Shown here: positions 61,041-64,000 of the stretch, piece by piece
How the letters are laid out: every line of letters begins with the position of its first letter
How positions within the stretch are numbered: position 1 is the stretch's first letter
NCBI GenBank assembly: GCA_038087875.1
Contig: JAXLNO010005840.1
Coordinates: forward strand, 62,001-126,000
Origin: Malacoraja senta
Taxonomy: Eukaryota
Direction of reading: 5' to 3'
DNA length: 64,000 nt
Program-made: the position numbers and the translations under genes
The notes under the pieces: model-generated
Told to the model about the DNA's origin: nothing
The model's input: the letters and a program-made list of their open reading frames with translations, nothing else
The model's database searches: none

Positions 61041-61398
61041 TCCATATCAACCTATAGCCATCGCCGCCCTTCAATGTGACCGTGCACCGCACATTTATTG
61101 TCAAGGCCAGGTTCCACAGCATGGAGGGGGGACACCTCCAACCTAATGCAGGCCAACTGCAGCCAAACTCTCCATCCTGCAACCCCATCACAACCCCCAA
61201 CTCTCCACCCCATTCACTCTGCCCCCAACCCACCCCTTCCCCTCCACTTATCTCACATCTCTCCTCTATTTTACCCTCAAGTACTTTCTCCCCAGGGTGG
61301 AAATGTCAAAGACCAGAGGGTAGAGCTTGACGATAAGAGGGATAAAGTTTAAAAGGTGATAGATATTTTATACCGGGGGGGGGGGTTGTTTTGTTTTG

Positions 61399-61417
61399 TT
61401 TGTGTGTGTGTGTGTGT

Positions 61418-61460
<43 letters not shown>

Positions 61461-61475
61461 CTCTCTCTCTCTCTC
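61399..61475. repeat. (TG)n(CT)n compound microsatellite
   Basis: Direct reading. Confidence 0.95.
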
Positions 61476-61589
61476 AGGTGCAGAATTAAACGCAGTCTTG
61501 CCCCTGGGTGTCCGCTCTGGCCAACACCTCCCAACCACAGCCACAAAGCTGCAAGTCTCACTCTTCTTTCTGCCTGGGGATTGTGTGCA

Positions 61590-61890
61590 GTTTAGTTTCG
61601 TTTACAGATACAGCAAGGAAACAGGCCCTTTGGCCCACCGGGTCTGCACCGACCAGCGACCCCCCTGCACTAACACTGTCCCACACACACCAGGGACAAT
61701 TTATACCCAGCCAATTAACCAACAAACCTGTACGTTTTTGGAGTGTGGGAGGAAACCAAAGATCTTGGAGAAAACCCACGCAGAGAGAACGTACAAACTT
61801 CATTCAGACAGCAACCGTAATCAGGATTGATCCCGGGTCTCAGGTGCTGCAAGCGCTGTAAGGCAGTAACTCTACCACTATGCCACCGTG
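61590..61890 (-). mobile_element. HE1/V-SINE-like SINE
   Basis: Reverse-complement SINE consensus. Confidence 0.85.
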
Positions 61891-62159
61891 CTGCCCTTGA
61901 TTCCACATTTACTGACCGGAGCAGACATCCATACCATGTGCGGTAACTGTCAAATGACAAAGATTATCCCGAGAATGCTTTGGATCAAAATAAGTATAAG
62001 TTGGCGCATGGATTGTTCTCACGAGGGAGGTGAGCTGGCCACACAGAAGCGGGCAGCTAACGAAGGGTGTGCAAACCACACACACGGGCGGGGAGCTCAA
62101 AGCTGCACAGCACGGCTCGTGTCGAGAAACCAGCTAGCAAGCTGTCAAAATGCACAGGA

Positions 62160-62340
62160 GGGAACTGCAGATGCTGGTTTAAACCGGATAGACACAAAAA
62201 CTGGAGTAACTCAGCGGGTCAAGTAGCATCTCCAGAGAGAAAGAATAGGTGACGTTTCGGATCGAGAACTTCCAGAAATGTCACCTATTCCATTCTCCAG
62301 TGAATCTGCCTGACCTACTGAGTTACTCCAGCATTTAATG
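62160..62340. mobile_element. Fold-back Penelope-terminal mini-element
   Basis: Arms meet within the hammerhead region (ggtgacgtttcggatcgagaacttc / cagaaatgtcacc). Confidence 0.65.
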
Positions 62341-62999
62341 TCTGGCAAGTCTGTGCAATTATGCACAGTGGTCAGTTCAGTGGTGTTGTGAGCTTGGACG
62401 ACTGCTCTATCTCTAAACTAAACTGAACCTGCAGAAATCAGTTAGGGCAGGCTGGAGTGGGATTCAGAGGGTGAATTCAAGGAGGTGCACTGCCCCCGCT
62501 GCCATCCTTGGGTACTCTCTCTATCCCAGGGTGGAAATCGCTATCAAAACATGGGGGTGGGGGCACAATTCCTTGGTGGCCAGGCGCATGCGCACACACA
62601 CACACATTCGCGCACACAAACACGCGTGGCTTTGGCCGTGGGCCCTGTGGACGGTAACATCGGGAGCTGACCTGGTTGGTGACCGACTCCGAACTCCAGC
62701 AACAGCAGCCTCGTCTATCCCGAATCGTGGGGCTTGAATCGGCCCGTTCGCGGGGCCTTTCATCGCCCGGCGGGGGCTTCAACATCGGGAGCCTCGATGC
62801 TGCAGATTGATCTTAAGCCGCACCGGGCGATGAAAGACCCCATGAATCAGCCGATTCAGCCCTTACATAAATTCTGATACCCTCTTGAATTTTTCAAAAG
62901 CTACAATGTGATAAATAACACTTAAACAAATAAAACTGAAGCAAATAACCTTGGAGGGGGAAAAAAAATACTAAATAACGTGAGTGACCTGAATGAGGG

Positions 63000-63250
63000 A
63001 CTTACCTGCAAGCCAGCCAAGAAACCCGTTCGAACCGTTTAAATCTTTCCCATTCACCAATACATCCAATTAGTTCAAATGGTAACTGTACCCGCATCAG
63101 ACGGTTTTAAGAAATTCTCCGTGAATATCTTCAGTAATACTTGAAGGTCAAAACACAATTGGTGACGCATCGTGTTAATACGATGTTACTAAAGACAATT
63201 AACAAGCGCTTCACAGTGACACCCCCACTGTCTCGCGGAAAGCGGAGATT
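63000..63250 (-). promoter_or_regulatory. Candidate promoter and 5' non-coding exon of the coiled-coil gene
   Basis: Strong donor GCAG|GTAAGT (exon end 63006); nearby TGCGTCA, CCAAT/ATTGG copies and an X-box-like GTTACCATTTGAAC; locally CpG-rich. Confidence 0.35.
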
Positions 63251-64000
63251 TTAATAGATTATTTTTCATCAAATTTCAAAATCCGGATTACAAAACATGT
63301 AAATGGTAGGCCTCTGAGTAGTGTTGTAGAGCAGAGCGATCTAGGAGTGCAGGTGCCCCCCACCTCTCAAAACATGGGGGTCGTGACCCACCCACCCCCC
63401 CGGGAATTCCGCCCATGCTCTCTCCCACCCTTCCCTTTCAGATCTGCAAAGCACATGCCACTAGCTGCCCTACTGTTGCGGCCTATTTACATGCCATTCC
63501 CACTGCAAGCATCAGCTGCATCAGGAGGACAGGCCTCCAGTGTAAGTGAACGGGCAACCAGACAAAGGCACAGTGAGAAGCCGGGAGGGATGGCTGATTG
63601 AAGCCCATCCACAATAGACAAGGAGGGAGGGTCAGCCAAATGTATTCGGTATTGTGATTGGCAAGAGGGATGGTGTATTGAAGTGTATTGGCAGGGAGGA
63701 CAGCCTATTCTCATCGACAGGACGAAGAACAACTTCCAACCCACTAAAACCCACACATGGAATGTTAAAATGCATTTTAAGCTTCTACTGCTGTGGAAGA
63801 GTTTCACTGAATGCTAAGATCCACCAGGTACTCACTGGTTTCTGACACTCTGAAAAGACATTTGGACAGAAATATTGACAAAGGGTTTAGATGACTGTGG
63901 GCCAAATGAGCCCAGTTTGCCAACTTGCTTGGCAAGGCCAACTAACAACATGTTGCATGACTACAACACCATGAGTATCCTGGAGTCCCAGGGATGGACA

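Noticed and set aside
1-61890. tRNA genes suggested by A/B-box motifs
   Set aside because: Every instance continues into the SINE body and tail, and none forms a cloverleaf; they are tRNA-derived SINE heads.

Overview
This is eukaryotic, repeat-dense genomic DNA, most likely from a cartilaginous fish (probably a skate or ray). The inference rests on abundant HE1/V-SINE-like SINEs, elasmobranch-type CR1 LINEs and the zinc-finger gene type. Three host loci lie on the minus strand. (1) A non-classical MHC class I-like gene: leader 8064-8115, alpha1 3867-4127, alpha2 1846-2120, alpha3 369-641, with the TM exon off-window. It has one disabling lesion in each domain exon and a candidate X-Y promoter module. 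(2) A frameshifted C2H2 zinc-finger array of about 17 fingers (28434-29869). (3) An unrecognised, splice-phase-consistent four-exon coiled-coil gene (57157-60703). The rest is largely transposon-derived. It includes a nested CR1 > hAT (14-bp TIRs, 8-bp TSD) > L1 (15-bp TSD) stack, a decayed DIRS1-like element, a Harbinger-type MITE, Rex/Babar and RTEX fragments, several minisatellites and one assembly gap. The least obvious signal is a Penelope-like terminal module that carries a minimal hammerhead-ribozyme core (CUGAAGA...GAAAC GUC). It also occurs as short fold-back insertions flanked by 12-17 bp direct repeats. All calls were made by eye; no database searches were run, and many repeat boundaries are approximate.
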